The notes below the pieces were generated by a model. It was not told the DNA's origin. It searched no databases and saw only the letters and a program-made list of their open reading frames with translations. The position numbers were made by a program, and so were the translations under genes. From Candidatus Rifleibacteriota bacterium (GTDB lineage Bacteria > Muiribacteriota > Ozemobacteria > Ozemobacterales > Ozemobacteraceae), in NCBI GenBank assembly GCA_049325495.1, contig JBMOKV010000477.1, forward strand, positions 1 to 61,761: 61,761 bases of DNA, written 5' to 3'. Below are positions 1-11,902 of this stretch, one piece after another (position 1 is the first letter of the stretch; each line of letters begins with the position of its first letter).

Positions 1-750
1 GTCACCATCGGGGCCGACCACGCTTCCTTCTGCTCTTGAAAAACTTGAGCGCACATGAATTCGTATCTGATGGTCGCGGGCGCAGGAAATAGCGCGCGGG
101 TGCAGTATTCCATTGCCAAAAGCTGCCAGCTCAAGCATTTCTTCGTAATCGAGGTGCCAGATTTTCCTGGCTTGCGGAATAATGCGAGGATCAGCCGTGT
201 AAATACCTTCTTCGTCGGTGTATTTTTCACAGACTTTCTGGCCAAGTTCTGCCGCCAGAACTACGGCAGTAAGATCTGACCCGCCACGACCAAGAGTCGT
301 GAGGTCACCTTCGGCGGTAATTCCCTGAAATCCTGCGACAACCGCCACACTTCCGGGTTCGAGAAAGCGGGCCAGATTGTTTCCCCGGCCAACCTGCACG
401 ATGTTGTATTCATCATTCTGCATTTCAGAAAGAAGATGCAGGTTGAAAGCATTAAATGAACGGGCCCTTATTCCAAGTTTCTGTAAAGCGGCGGCGGCAA
501 GAGATGCGCTGACCATTTCGCCGGTTGCCAGCATCTGATCGTATTCTCTACGGTCAACATCTATTGAAACCTTGTTCATCAGCCCGATAAGATCATCGGT
601 AGTGTCTGCCATCGCAGAAACTACGACGACCAGGCGACTGCCACGCTTTGCTTTTTCCGCAATTCTTTCTGCGACCCGGTTGATTCGGTCAACCGAGCCC
701 ATTGAAGAACCACCGAACTTCTGAATCAGAACATCGCCGTTTGCAAACAT
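1..750 (-). CDS. lysC: Aspartate kinase (partial, runs off the left edge)
   Basis: Not in the ORF track; translated by hand from ATG at 750: MFANGDVLIQKFGGSSMGS...VVVVSAMADTTD...DQMLATGE...VAGFQG...TTLGRGGSDLTA...YTDEEGIYTADP...EMLELA...ILHPRA. All standard aspartokinase motifs; open to position 1. Confidence 0.95.
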   Translation of the reverse strand, partial: MFANGDVLIQKFGGSSMGSVDRINRVAERIAEKAKRGSRLVVVVSAMADTTDDLIGLMNKVSIDVDRREYDQMLATGEMVSASLAAAALQKLGIRARSFNAFNLHLLSEMQNDEYNIVQVGRGNNLARFLEPGSVAVVAGFQGITAEGDLTTLGRGGSDLTAVVLAAELGQKVCEKYTDEEGIYTADPRIIPQARKIWHLDYEEMLELAAFGNGILHPRAISCARDHQIRIHVRSSFSRAEGSVVGPDGD

Positions 751-756
751 TGGAAT

Positions 757-1935
757 TTACCTGAAAAGTTTGAAAAAAGAGCAGAGCGAAGCAAGCTTAA
801 GCTGGCTGTTGATCTGAGAAATGGCACTCTGCAATTTTCCTGTATCGGTGCGACCGGTTAACAGAATGACGGTAGATGTACTTTCCGTTTCCCGTGAAAC
901 TTCTTCTGGCTGAAGAATAGACTCAATATCGATTCCGGCGGTTGAAAACATACCCAGCAATTGAGCCAGAGTACTGGTAAGATTAACCAGTCTGAAACGC
1001 AGATAAAACCGATCACAAAAACTTTCGACCGATTCACACATCTGTAGTTGTTCCACATCTTTTGAGCCGGTGGCAATATCATTCAAATCTGCGATAATGC
1101 CGCGAACCTGGGTTTCTTCAGAAGTCCCGGGGCAGGCATAAACATGGCCCTGGCCTTTGCGATCCTGGGTGTAAATAATTTCAGAACCACCACGCGCCTG
1201 GGCAAGAAAGAACTTTTTCGGTATCAGACAGGGTTCTACCGCTGCTTTTAAACTACCATCCTTCTTTTCCGCAAGTCCGAGAAGCCTGATGGAATAGCCA
1301 TAGGAATCGGCAATCTGTAAGTCTTGAAGATCGATCGAACTGACACCGGTTACCGGAATTTTTTCTAAAGGCACGACCAGCTTGAAAATCTCAGCGATCT
1401 GCAAAGCCAGACGATTTCTGGTTACCAGACCGTGCAGACTGGGGTTGGGGTTGCTCACCGCAATCTTTTCCCATTGGGCGGCTGCGGCTGCTTTTTCCAG
1501 GTTACAGTTGTGACGCTCCATGTAAGAAAGTATAAATCCGGCAACCGCGTCGTTCTGTACATAGAACTTTGTCGGCGGATCAATTTCACCATCGCCAGAA
1601 AGAATGCGCAAGAAAGGAAAAGTAGCTCCAATGGCTGCTTTATAAAAAGTCTGTGATTTCTGCCCATTTTTCAGCCGATTCAGGGCAAGCTGGGCATCAT
1701 CTGTCACCAGTCTTTCGGGATAACGACTGATTTTATGATCAGAAGCAAACAAAATGCCGGTAGAAACTGCCGAATAGAAATCTTCTGCTTCTAAAGCGAC
1801 CCAGGGGCGCTCAACGTTTTCAGCACCGAGAACCGGCAAACGCAGGAAATCCTGACGGTTCAATCCGGTAAGGATATCCTGGAGTTTGCTTTGCCAATAC
1901 GGCAGGTTTAAAAAACCGGCACCGGTTATCATCAA
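757..1935 (-). CDS. Homoserine dehydrogenase-like protein with C-terminal ACT domain, catalytically degenerate
   Basis: Aligns by eye with Hom: YKAAIGATFPFL for YEASVGGGIPII, GYSIRLLG, EPCLIP, and ACT start RFYLRF...GIDIESILQ. Next to lysC. The NAD-binding GxGxxG and catalytic D/K are altered. Confidence 0.75.
   Translation of the reverse strand: MMITGAGFLNLPYWQSKLQDILTGLNRQDFLRLPVLGAENVERPWVALEAEDFYSAVSTGILFASDHKISRYPERLVTDDAQLALNRLKNGQKSQTFYKAAIGATFPFLRILSGDGEIDPPTKFYVQNDAVAGFILSYMERHNCNLEKAAAAAQWEKIAVSNPNPSLHGLVTRNRLALQIAEIFKLVVPLEKIPVTGVSSIDLQDLQIADSYGYSIRLLGLAEKKDGSLKAAVEPCLIPKKFFLAQARGGSEIIYTQDRKGQGHVYACPGTSEETQVRGIIADLNDIATGSKDVEQLQMCESVESFCDRFYLRFRLVNLTSTLAQLLGMFSTAGIDIESILQPEEVSRETESTSTVILLTGRTDTGKLQSAISQINSQLKLASLCSFFKLFR
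886..901. other. parS-like centromere site inside the hom-like CDS
   Basis: CGTTTCCCGTGAAACT matches TGTTTCACGTGAAACA at 13/16. It encodes VSRET on the minus strand and lies about 3 kb from oriC. Confidence 0.6.
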
Positions 1936-3308
1936 CCATGCACTCCGCCGCCAAAAGCATTTTCCACTGATTCCATGAATGCTTCAGAAAGAGTCGGGTG
2001 AGGATGAATCATGCGTGAAAAAGCGTGGGAATCGATATTGAACTGAGCCATCATCGTGCCTTCATTGATCAGGTTGCTTGCTTCAGGACCCCAGATGATT
2101 GCCCCCAGCAGTTTTCCATCATGTGAAAGAAGGGTTTTGATCTGACCATCGCCTTCACCGGCAGTCAAAGCTTTTCCATTGGCAGAAAACAGGCTGCGGC
2201 CTATTTTGAAATCGACACCGGATGCTTTCAAGCTTTCTTCACTCTGACCGACCCATGAAATTTCGGGGTAGGTATAGACGCATGAAGGCACGAGAGAATA
2301 ATCGGCTTTTATTTTTTCTCCCAGCCATTGATGGGCAAGGGTCATTGCATCATAAGTAGCTTTATGTGCCAGCATCGGCCCTTTAATCGCATCACCGATC
2401 GCATAAACACCGGAAATGCTCGAACAGAAATTTTCGTCTACCTTGATAAAACCATTTTCGAGTTCAATGCTCAAACCGGTATCCTGCATGAAAGCATGAT
2501 TTACTTTGCGGCCAACCGCGATCAACACCCGGTCAAAATGCCGTTCGCTACCATCGATAACTGCTTTGGCCCGGTTTCCATCCTGCTCAAGGCTTTCAAC
2601 CTTTTTACCAGTGAGAATTTCGAGGCCGGCTTTTTTGAAAACCGGCAGTAACCGCTTGGCGGTGGCATTATCAAGACCAGGCAATATCTGGGGCATCATT
2701 TCAACAATAGTAACTTTACTGCCAAACTCGCAGAAAACCTGGCCAAGTTCAAGACCGATTACGCCACCACCGACTACCAGAAGAGATTCTGGAATCTCGC
2801 CGGCCTGCAAAGCTTGATCCGAAGTCCAGAAGATTTCCCGGTTTTTGGGAAAAACCGGCGGAGCAGCAGGAACAGAGCCAACTGCCAAAACGATTTTATC
2901 GGCCTGCAGCGTTTCTGAATTATCAGCAAGAACCACTGTTTTATCAGGCATAAGCCTGGCATAACCATTAAAAATGGTCACCCCGGCTTTTTCCAGCATT
3001 TTTACGATACCCTGTCTGAGCTGGTTAACGATCTGATCTTTACGGGCCTGAATTTTCGGCCAGCTGAATGAAGTCTGCCCGGTTTCGAGGCCAAAAGATC
3101 CGGCATTCTTAAGAAAATGCAGTCCTTTGGCCGAAGCCAGCAATGCCTTGGTTGGAATACAACCCCAGTTGAGACAGGTTCCGCCGAATTCACCGGCTTT
3201 GTCAACGACTGCAACTTTCCAGCCTTTTCTGGACATCAAAGTCGCCAGAGGATACCCGCCCGGGCCGCCACCAATAATGATCAGATCAAATTTCTGCATT
3301 TCATTCAC
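1932..3308 (-). CDS. lpdA: Dihydrolipoamide dehydrogenase
   Basis: [12 protein letters not shown] motif, [13 protein letters not shown] redox disulfide, [11 protein letters not shown] motif, GDAI, MLAHKA, C-terminal HPHPTLSE. Confidence 0.95.
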   Translation of the reverse strand: MNEMQKFDLIIIGGGPGGYPLATLMSRKGWKVAVVDKAGEFGGTCLNWGCIPTKALLASAKGLHFLKNAGSFGLETGQTSFSWPKIQARKDQIVNQLRQGIVKMLEKAGVTIFNGYARLMPDKTVVLADNSETLQADKIVLAVGSVPAAPPVFPKNREIFWTSDQALQAGEIPESLLVVGGGVIGLELGQVFCEFGSKVTIVEMMPQILPGLDNATAKRLLPVFKKAGLEILTGKKVESLEQDGNRAKAVIDGSERHFDRVLIAVGRKVNHAFMQDTGLSIELENGFIKVDENFCSSISGVYAIGDAIKGPMLAHKATYDAMTLAHQWLGEKIKADYSLVPSCVYTYPEISWVGQSEESLKASGVDFKIGRSLFSANGKALTAGEGDGQIKTLLSHDGKLLGAIIWGPEASNLINEGTMMAQFNIDSHAFSRMIHPHPTLSEAFMESVENAFGGGVHG

Positions 3309-3834
3309 CTATATGGAAAAGAACCGAGCCCTTTTCTACCGGTTTACCATTTTCAAACAAAATTTTAACTATTTTGCCCGATTTATCTGCTTTGATTTCA
3401 TTCATCATTTTCATTGCTTCAACTATGCAGACCGTTTGACCGGCATTAACCTGGTCACCTTCGTTAACGAATGGCGCTGAAGTTGGAGACGGGGCGCGAT
3501 AAAAAGTTCCGGCCATCGGTGAATTGATTTTATGAAAATTGTTTTCTGCAGGAGCTGCGACCGGTGCTGCAGGCTTACTGGCAGTTTCAGTCTTTAAAAT
3601 TGGGGCAGGAACGCCAGGGATGCTGATTGGAACAGGCTGAACCGTTTGAACGGTTACACTGGAATGCTTTTTAAGCTTCATTTTGAGCTCAGTGGTTTCC
3701 AGTTCCAGTTCGGCCAGATGGTTATCTCCCATGAATTGGATAATTTCAATAACTTTATCAATAGCTTTGCCGCTTTTGTCGGCGGTTGTGCTTTCGATCT
3801 TTTTGCTGGTGGGCATGGTTTTGCTTTTAGGCAT
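3301..3834 (-). CDS. accB: Acetyl-CoA carboxylase biotin carboxyl carrier protein
   Basis: [22 protein letters not shown] biotinylation motif, Pro/Ala linker; AAGAGGT RBS upstream of the ATG at 3834. Confidence 0.93.
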   Translation of the reverse strand: MPKSKTMPTSKKIESTTADKSGKAIDKVIEIIQFMGDNHLAELELETTELKMKLKKHSSVTVQTVQPVPISIPGVPAPILKTETASKPAAPVAAPAENNFHKINSPMAGTFYRAPSPTSAPFVNEGDQVNAGQTVCIVEAMKMMNEIKADKSGKIVKILFENGKPVEKGSVLFHIGE

Positions 3835-3939
3835 AGTTTTACCTCTTTTTTAAGTCGAACGAGTATAACAGATAGATTTTTTCATGGTCAACCGGCGCTG
3901 AAAGATAAAAGTTTTTATTTATGTGATAGAATTTTTTCC

Positions 3940-4221
3940 ATGTGCCTGGATGTTTTTTATTGTTGGTTTCGATGTTGGCTGATGTTTGTTTTTGCACATT
4001 GTCTTTTATTATTTGTGTACATTTCTTTTTTTAAATCAGTCGTATTATTATTAGTTTCGGTGGAAAAGTGGAAAAGCCGGTAGAATTCTTTTCCAATCTT
4101 GATTTGCCCGGGTGGAAAAACATGTTGATGAGGTTATCGAGTTATAAACAATTTATACAGCTTTTCAACATGGCATTCTTTTCCACAGATTTTCCACAGG
4201 TTTTCCACCGGGTTTTCCATC
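3940..4221. other. oriC: Replication origin oriC (DnaA-box array, DnaA-trios, T-rich unwinding region)
   Basis: Perfect TTTTCCACA boxes at 4179-4187 and 4190-4198. One-mismatch boxes at 4059-4067, 4067-4075, 4111-4119, 4142-4150, 4162-4170 and 4201-4209. TAT-TAT-TAT-TAG trios at 4043-4054 and a T-rich tract at about 3950-4040. Gene orientation diverges here. Confidence 0.85.
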
Positions 4222-4251
4222 TCATTATCAAATCATTGATGCTAAAAAACC

Positions 4252-4280
4252 TTGCGAAAATGGCCTGTCTCTGCTATGCT
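4252..4280 (+). promoter_or_regulatory. sigma70-type promoter of dnaA
   Basis: TTGCGA (4252-4257), 17-bp spacer, TATGCT (4275-4280) with a TG extended -10, immediately downstream of the DnaA boxes. Confidence 0.55.
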
Positions 4281-4381
4281 TGAGCAACCCCGGCAAACAA
4301 ATCAAAAACGGTATTTATCGCCGTTAACGCCCTGATTTTCTTATTTGGTTGCTGTACAAAGAAAATAAGAGGTCGCTGTAC

Positions 4382-5761
4382 ATGACATCGATTGAAAACA
4401 TCTGGAATAAAATCACCGCCGAAATAGGTTCCGACGAAGCTGGTAAAAACAGTTCAAAAGTTTTTCTCAATACCATCAAACCAACGGAAATTGCCGATGA
4501 TTGTCTGGTTATTGAGGTTTTGAATGATTTTGCCCGTGAAATTGTTGAAAAACGTTACGCCAACGTTATTGACCGCATTCTCGAAAAGGAAAAACCGGGA
4601 ATGAAACATCGGCTGGTAACTAAGGCCAAACCCAAAAAAGAGGTTTTCGTACAGCCTGATCTGCCGATTATTTCAGAGCAGAAAGAGCAGACGCCGCCCC
4701 GGAATGAAAAAAACATTTCATCAAAATATGAAAGCATGTTCAACAGCAAATATTGCTTTGATTCTTTTGTGGTAGGTAAAAGCAATCAGTTTGCCTATGC
4801 GGTTTGTCAATCGGTAACGAGAAACCCGGGAACTTTGCATAACCCTGTTTTCATTTACGGCGGCGTGGGGCTTGGTAAAACGCATTTGATGCATGCCATA
4901 GGACAGGCCACCATCAATCACAATCCCAAAGCCAGGGTGGCATATCTTTCTTCTGAAACCTTTACCAATGAGTTCATTGATTCACTGAAAGACAAGAAAG
5001 CAGAGGCTTTCCGGTCAAAATATCGAAAGATAGATCTGCTGCTGATCGATGATGTTCAGTTTTTCGCCGGCAAGGAACAGACCCAGGAAGAGTTCTTTCA
5101 TACCTTCAACGAACTTTTTCAGCAAAGAAAACAGATAGTTCTCACTTCTGATTCACCCCCGGAAAAAATTCAGAAATTAGAAGAGCGTCTGGCTTCTCGT
5201 TTTGCCATGGGCGTTGTCGTTGATATTCAACCTCCCGACCTGGAAATGAGGGCGGCCATTTTAAAGAAATGTGCTGCAAAATCAATGGTAGAAGTGCCCG
5301 ACGATGCAATCATGTATCTTGCTCAGGGTGTAACTTCAAATATTCGTGTTCTTGAAGGCGCTTTCAACAGTGTTCTGGCGTTTTCAGGAGTCATGGGCAA
5401 GCCAATCAATAAAGATCTGATCGATCAGGTTCTCAAAGATGTGCTGCGCGAAAATTCAGGTGGTAAAATAACCATTCCCTGGATTCAAAAGAGAGTTGCC
5501 GAATTTTACGACATTCCAGAAGAAGAGCTGGTTGGAAAAAAGCGATCGCAGAATCTGGTACTGCCGCGTCAGGTTGCCATGCGGCTTAGTCAGATTTTTA
5601 CCGACACTTCCCTCAACCAGATTGGCGAAAAGTTTGGTGGAAGAGATCACACAACAGTTATGCATGCATGCGAAAAAATAAATCGCATGCTGAAGAACGA
5701 TAAAAGTTTCAATGAAGAGTTCGAACGGGTCAAGCGTTTTGTTGACCCGGAAAAATCCTGA
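4382..5761 (+). CDS. dnaA: Chromosomal replication initiator DnaA
   Basis: YGGVGLGKTHL Walker A, LLIDDVQF Walker B, RLASRF, GGRDHTTVMHA domain IV. ATG at 4382 follows AAGAGG; the ORF track starts at TTG 4349. Confidence 0.98.
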   Translation: MTSIENIWNKITAEIGSDEAGKNSSKVFLNTIKPTEIADDCLVIEVLNDFAREIVEKRYANVIDRILEKEKPGMKHRLVTKAKPKKEVFVQPDLPIISEQKEQTPPRNEKNISSKYESMFNSKYCFDSFVVGKSNQFAYAVCQSVTRNPGTLHNPVFIYGGVGLGKTHLMHAIGQATINHNPKARVAYLSSETFTNEFIDSLKDKKAEAFRSKYRKIDLLLIDDVQFFAGKEQTQEEFFHTFNELFQQRKQIVLTSDSPPEKIQKLEERLASRFAMGVVVDIQPPDLEMRAAILKKCAAKSMVEVPDDAIMYLAQGVTSNIRVLEGAFNSVLAFSGVMGKPINKDLIDQVLKDVLRENSGGKITIPWIQKRVAEFYDIPEEELVGKKRSQNLVLPRQVAMRLSQIFTDTSLNQIGEKFGGRDHTTVMHACEKINRMLKNDKSFNEEFERVKRFVDPEKS

Positions 5762-5933
5762 CTGAAACCGCTCGACAACCGCCATTGAACCTGTAATTTC
5801 TCTTGAAAATTTTGCCGTTTTGCGGTATCATTACAGACCTACTAAATTCTAGTGGGGTTTTGAAAAAAATTTCTCTCAATAAGAAGTCTGAAACTCTATA
5901 TAGACTTTCTCAAGAGAAAATGGCAGGCGTGAA

Positions 5934-6899
5934 ATGGCAGGACGGAAAACAACAACAGCCACCAAAACCGGTAAGACATTACCGGTAGGCTCGAATCTGC
6001 TTAAGGTTCTTGGCGGAATCCGCGAGAAGAATTTTCAGGCATCACCTGAAAGCCAGCGATTTTGCCTGACTGCCAGAGAAATGCTTATGCTCGGTCGCCT
6101 AAAATTTTCCTGGAAAGACATTGTCGGCATTCAACTGGCGCATAAAACCTGCCCTGAAAGGTTGATTCGCGGTCGGCTTTATTTAACCGTTTCTGACAGT
6201 CAGTGGCTTCACACCCTTGTTTTTGTTAAGGGCAAAATTATCGAGAAGCTCAAAGAACGTTTTCCCGAGTTGCAGATCGTTGACCTGGTCGGTCGTCCTG
6301 GTCGTATTCCGGTTGAAGTTGAAAAACTGGTTTCTGAATCGGAATGGCCAGAATGGGAAGAAAAAGAAAATCTGCCGATTCCCGATGCCATCGATAAAGA
6401 TCTGGGTGAACAGATAAATCGCTGCTATAAGCATCTGATAGCCCGCAATGAAGGCTTGTTGAAGCGTGGTTACCGGGTTTGTGTAAGGTGCCGATCTGGC
6501 TTAACCACGGCAGAGAATCAGGTTTGTGCCCTATGTGTTTCTGTAGAGCGCTCAGAACAGATTTTGCCGGTCAGAAACCTGTTGAAAGAAATGCCATGGC
6601 TCGATTATGACGAAATTCTTGCTTTTGAGAGCACTGTCAAATCTTATGAATTCGAAGCGGTAAAAGCAGATCTTGTTGCAGAAAGTCTCGATCTGGTTAA
6701 GGAACTTGCGATTAATTTAAAAGAAAATTTGAATGAAGAAATTCTGGTGCAGATGAAAAAAGAAATGGTTCGGGCAATTATGCTGGTTACCGGCGATATG
6801 CCCGATCAGGTCGATCTGTTTCATTTATCACCCGATCAGATAATAGATCCTGAGTGGCTTGAGCTGCTTTCGATCAATACGGAGGGAGAAGCATGCTGA
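5934..6899 (+). CDS. DUF721/DciA-family protein with Zn-ribbon and long C-terminal extension
   Basis: LYLTVSDSQWLHTLVFVKGKIIEKL resembles the DUF721/DciA core; CVRC-x12-CALC follows; typical position between dnaA and gyrB. Confidence 0.7.
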   Translation: MAGRKTTTATKTGKTLPVGSNLLKVLGGIREKNFQASPESQRFCLTAREMLMLGRLKFSWKDIVGIQLAHKTCPERLIRGRLYLTVSDSQWLHTLVFVKGKIIEKLKERFPELQIVDLVGRPGRIPVEVEKLVSESEWPEWEEKENLPIPDAIDKDLGEQINRCYKHLIARNEGLLKRGYRVCVRCRSGLTTAENQVCALCVSVERSEQILPVRNLLKEMPWLDYDEILAFESTVKSYEFEAVKADLVAESLDLVKELAINLKENLNEEILVQMKKEMVRAIMLVTGDMPDQVDLFHLSPDQIIDPEWLELLSINTEGEAC

Positions 6900-7174
6900 T
6901 TCATATCGGTCAAAATGAGTTCGTTGATTTTCAGCATTGTGAAAGTATTTTTAATCTTCAAACCATCGATGAAGATTCCCGAAAAAGAATTCTGGCAAAA
7001 CTGCCGCAGGAGCATCGTGATGATTATCGTGCCGCTATTTTGACCATCGAAGGGAAATGGATCGGCTCGACTCTTTCGCCGGAAGCTTTGGCCCAAAGAG
7101 GCATCTGCCACCCATTTCAAAGTGCCTGTTATTTAAAAGACGATTGGAAAACAAGTGACCATTACCATTATTGA
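6893..7174 (+). CDS. RemB/YaaB-like (DUF370) small protein
   Basis: N-terminus MLIHIGQNEFV...ESIFNL resembles DUF370 proteins; it sits directly upstream of gyrB as yaaB/remB does in Bacillus. Confidence 0.65.
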   Translation: MLIHIGQNEFVDFQHCESIFNLQTIDEDSRKRILAKLPQEHRDDYRAAILTIEGKWIGSTLSPEALAQRGICHPFQSACYLKDDWKTSDHYHY

Positions 7175-9199
<2,025 letters not shown>

Positions 9200-9214
9200 T
9201 AAAGGGGTCAGTAA

Positions 9215-11902
9215 ATGGACACCAATAATGAAAACCCTGTAAACGGCAATCCCGGCGACGTTCAGGCACCTCCTCCACCGCCGATGCCCCCCATGGGAAC
9301 CAAATTCATCAACATTGAAGACGATATGAAGTCTTCTTATATCGATTATGCGATGAGCGTAATCGTCGGTCGCGCCCTTCCAGACGTGCGTGATGGTCTG
9401 AAACCGGTGCATCGCCGTGTTCTTTATGCGATGTTCGACCAGGGTTTCACCAGCAAAAAGGCTTTTGTAAAGTCTGCCCGTACCGTCGGGGAAGTCCTGG
9501 GTAAATACCATCCGCATGGCGATGCGGCAGTTTATGACACGCTGGTGCGCATGGCCCAGGATTTCAGCCTGAGATACCCGCTGATTGACGGACACGGCAA
9601 CTTTGGTTCAGTCGATGGCGACGAAGCAGCGGCGATGCGTTATACCGAAGCCCGTCTCAAGGCTCTGGCAGAAGAAATGCTGCGCGACCTTGAAATGGAT
9701 ACGGTTGACTGGATGCCGAACTTCGACGGTTCACTCAATGAACCCATCGTTCTGCCGAGCAAGTTTCCCAATCTTCTGGTAAACGGCTCTTCCGGTATTG
9801 CGGTCGGTATGGCAACCAACATGCCTTCGCACAATCTTACCGAAATCATCAACGGCGTGGTGTCGCTGATCGACAACCCCGATCTGACGATTGAAGAATT
9901 GATGGAATTTGTTCCCGGCCCGGATTTTCCGACTGGCGGCATCATCATGGGAACCGAAGGCATCGACTCGGCTTATCGCATGGGGCGTGGCAGTGTCGTG
10001 ATCAGATCGGTAGTCAACATAGAAGAATTCAATAAGGGCCGTGATCGCATCGTGGTTACCGAATTGCCCTATCAGGTCAACAAAGCCAAACTGGTTAAAT
10101 CAATTGCCGACCTGATCAAAGACAAGAAGGTTGATGGCATCACCGACCTGCGTGACGAATCGAGCCATGAAGGCATGCGCGTCTGCATCGAGCTGCGCAA
10201 GGGTGTAAACACTGATGTAGTGCTGAATCAGCTTTATAAGCACACTCAGCTGCAATCGAGTTTCGGCATCATCAATCTGGTGCTGGTTGAAAACAAGCCT
10301 CTGGTGCTGAATCTCAAGCAGATGATGGAATTCTACATCGATCACTGCCGGGTAATCATTCGCCGGCGAACCATGTTCCAGCTCAGGAAAGCCGAAGAAA
10401 AGGCCCACATTCTTGAAGGTTTGACCATCGCTCTCGATAACCTCGATGCGGTCATTCAGCTGATTAAAGAATCTCCAGATCCTGCCGAAGCACGCCAGGG
10501 CCTGATGGATACTTTCATGCTTTCTGAAAAACAGGCGCAGGCTATTCTTGAAATGCGTCTGCAGCGCCTTACCGGTCTCGAACGCGACAAGATCATCGCA
10601 GATTACCATGAAACCCTGGCTTTGATCGAAAAGCTCAAAGGTATTCTTGAATCTGATGTTAAGGTTCGCGAAATCGTTAAAGAAGAACTGGTCGAAATCA
10701 GAGAGCGCTATGGCGATGCCCGCCGCACCAGAATCACCAGATCTTCAGCTGAAAAGCTCGATATCGAAGATCTGATGCAGGAAGAAGACATCATCATTAC
10801 GGTTACCAGAAATGGTTATATCAAACGCATGTCCCCCACCGCTTTCAGGCAGATCAGCCGTGGCAGCAAGGGCAGCTCGGTAATGGGCGTTAAAGAAGAC
10901 GATGTCGTGGAGCACATGTTCCTGGCCACAACCCATTCCTACATGCTGGCCTTCACTTCCATCGGTAAGGTTCACTGGATCAAAGGTTATCAGATTCCGG
11001 AAGGCGGCCGTCAGGCCGGTGGTCGTGCAATAGTAAACCTGTTCCAGCTAGAGGAAAATGAATTCGTCACTGCCCTGTTGCCGATCAAGAAGTTTGACGC
11101 TGTGCGTCGCCTGTTCATGGTGACCCGTCACGGTGTCTGCAAAATGGTTATGCTGTCAGCCTTCGCTCGGCCCATGGCCCGCGGAATCATTGCCCTCAAA
11201 CTTGATGAGGGCGATGAACTGGTCGGCGTTAAACCGATTCTTGGCGGTGAGCAGGTGGTTATTGCAACCAGAAATGGCTATGCGATACGCTTCACCGAAA
11301 GTGAAGTCAGAGTAATGGGTCGCTCAGCCCGTGGCGTGAAGGCCATCACCTTCAGAGACAAAGATGACCAGGTCGTCGGCATGGAAGTTTTCAGCACCTC
11401 CAAATCCAAGGAAGAGCTTGATGAAATGCTGAAAGAAGGTCGTCAGGTCGTGGCGGCCGCGGTCGATGAAAACGGTGAAGAAGCAGAGATCGTCGAAGAA
11501 CTGATGGTCGAAGATGAAGGCGCTGAAGAACTGGCCGAAGAAACCGCAGGCGAAGAAATCGATGACAAAGTGGTTTACGAAGGTAAGCTGCTGACGGTTT
11601 CAACCCTTGGTTTTGGCAAGCAGACCAATATTAACAACTATCGCGTAACTCATCGCGGCGGAAAAGGCGTAATCAACCTCAAGATCATGGAAAAAACCGG
11701 TGAAGTTCTGTCAATCAAACGTATGTTTGAAGGAGATGAACTGATGGTGGTTACGACCAATGGTAAAGTTGTCAGACTCGATGCAGATAAGATCAGAAAT
11801 ACCGGCAGGGCAGCCTCCGGGGTTAAGCTGATCACTCTCGATGATGATGACAAGCTGATTTCAGTCGTAAGAATCCCTTCCAGAGAAGAGGCCGCTGATT
11901 AG
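9215..11902 (+). CDS. gyrA: DNA gyrase subunit A
   Basis: [29 protein letters not shown] catalytic Tyr, six-blade CTD with a non-canonical GyrA-box and an acidic insert. Confidence 0.97.
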   Translation: MDTNNENPVNGNPGDVQAPPPPPMPPMGTKFINIEDDMKSSYIDYAMSVIVGRALPDVRDGLKPVHRRVLYAMFDQGFTSKKAFVKSARTVGEVLGKYHPHGDAAVYDTLVRMAQDFSLRYPLIDGHGNFGSVDGDEAAAMRYTEARLKALAEEMLRDLEMDTVDWMPNFDGSLNEPIVLPSKFPNLLVNGSSGIAVGMATNMPSHNLTEIINGVVSLIDNPDLTIEELMEFVPGPDFPTGGIIMGTEGIDSAYRMGRGSVVIRSVVNIEEFNKGRDRIVVTELPYQVNKAKLVKSIADLIKDKKVDGITDLRDESSHEGMRVCIELRKGVNTDVVLNQLYKHTQLQSSFGIINLVLVENKPLVLNLKQMMEFYIDHCRVIIRRRTMFQLRKAEEKAHILEGLTIALDNLDAVIQLIKESPDPAEARQGLMDTFMLSEKQAQAILEMRLQRLTGLERDKIIADYHETLALIEKLKGILESDVKVREIVKEELVEIRERYGDARRTRITRSSAEKLDIEDLMQEEDIIITVTRNGYIKRMSPTAFRQISRGSKGSSVMGVKEDDVVEHMFLATTHSYMLAFTSIGKVHWIKGYQIPEGGRQAGGRAIVNLFQLEENEFVTALLPIKKFDAVRRLFMVTRHGVCKMVMLSAFARPMARGIIALKLDEGDELVGVKPILGGEQVVIATRNGYAIRFTESEVRVMGRSARGVKAITFRDKDDQVVGMEVFSTSKSKEELDEMLKEGRQVVAAAVDENGEEAEIVEELMVEDEGAEELAEETAGEEIDDKVVYEGKLLTVSTLGFGKQTNINNYRVTHRGGKGVINLKIMEKTGEVLSIKRMFEGDELMVVTTNGKVVRLDADKIRNTGRAASGVKLITLDDDDKLISVVRIPSREEAAD

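Noticed and set aside
55-452. Short ORF-track calls near the left edge and the many 60-170 aa alternative-frame or antisense ORFs throughout
   Set aside because: They overlap well-supported genes (lysC, gyrA, EF-hand, tRNAs, RND and others) and have no motifs or RBS; treated as shadows.
3646-4283. ORFs 3646-4083 and 4068-4283 across the origin
   Set aside because: Low-complexity translations of the oriC T-rich and DnaA-box sequence.
5797-5919. 10-bp inverted repeat TTTCTCTTGA/TCAAGAGAAA in the dnaA-dciA gap as an IS scar or origin element
   Set aside because: Short, low-complexity, no target duplication and no DnaA boxes between the arms.
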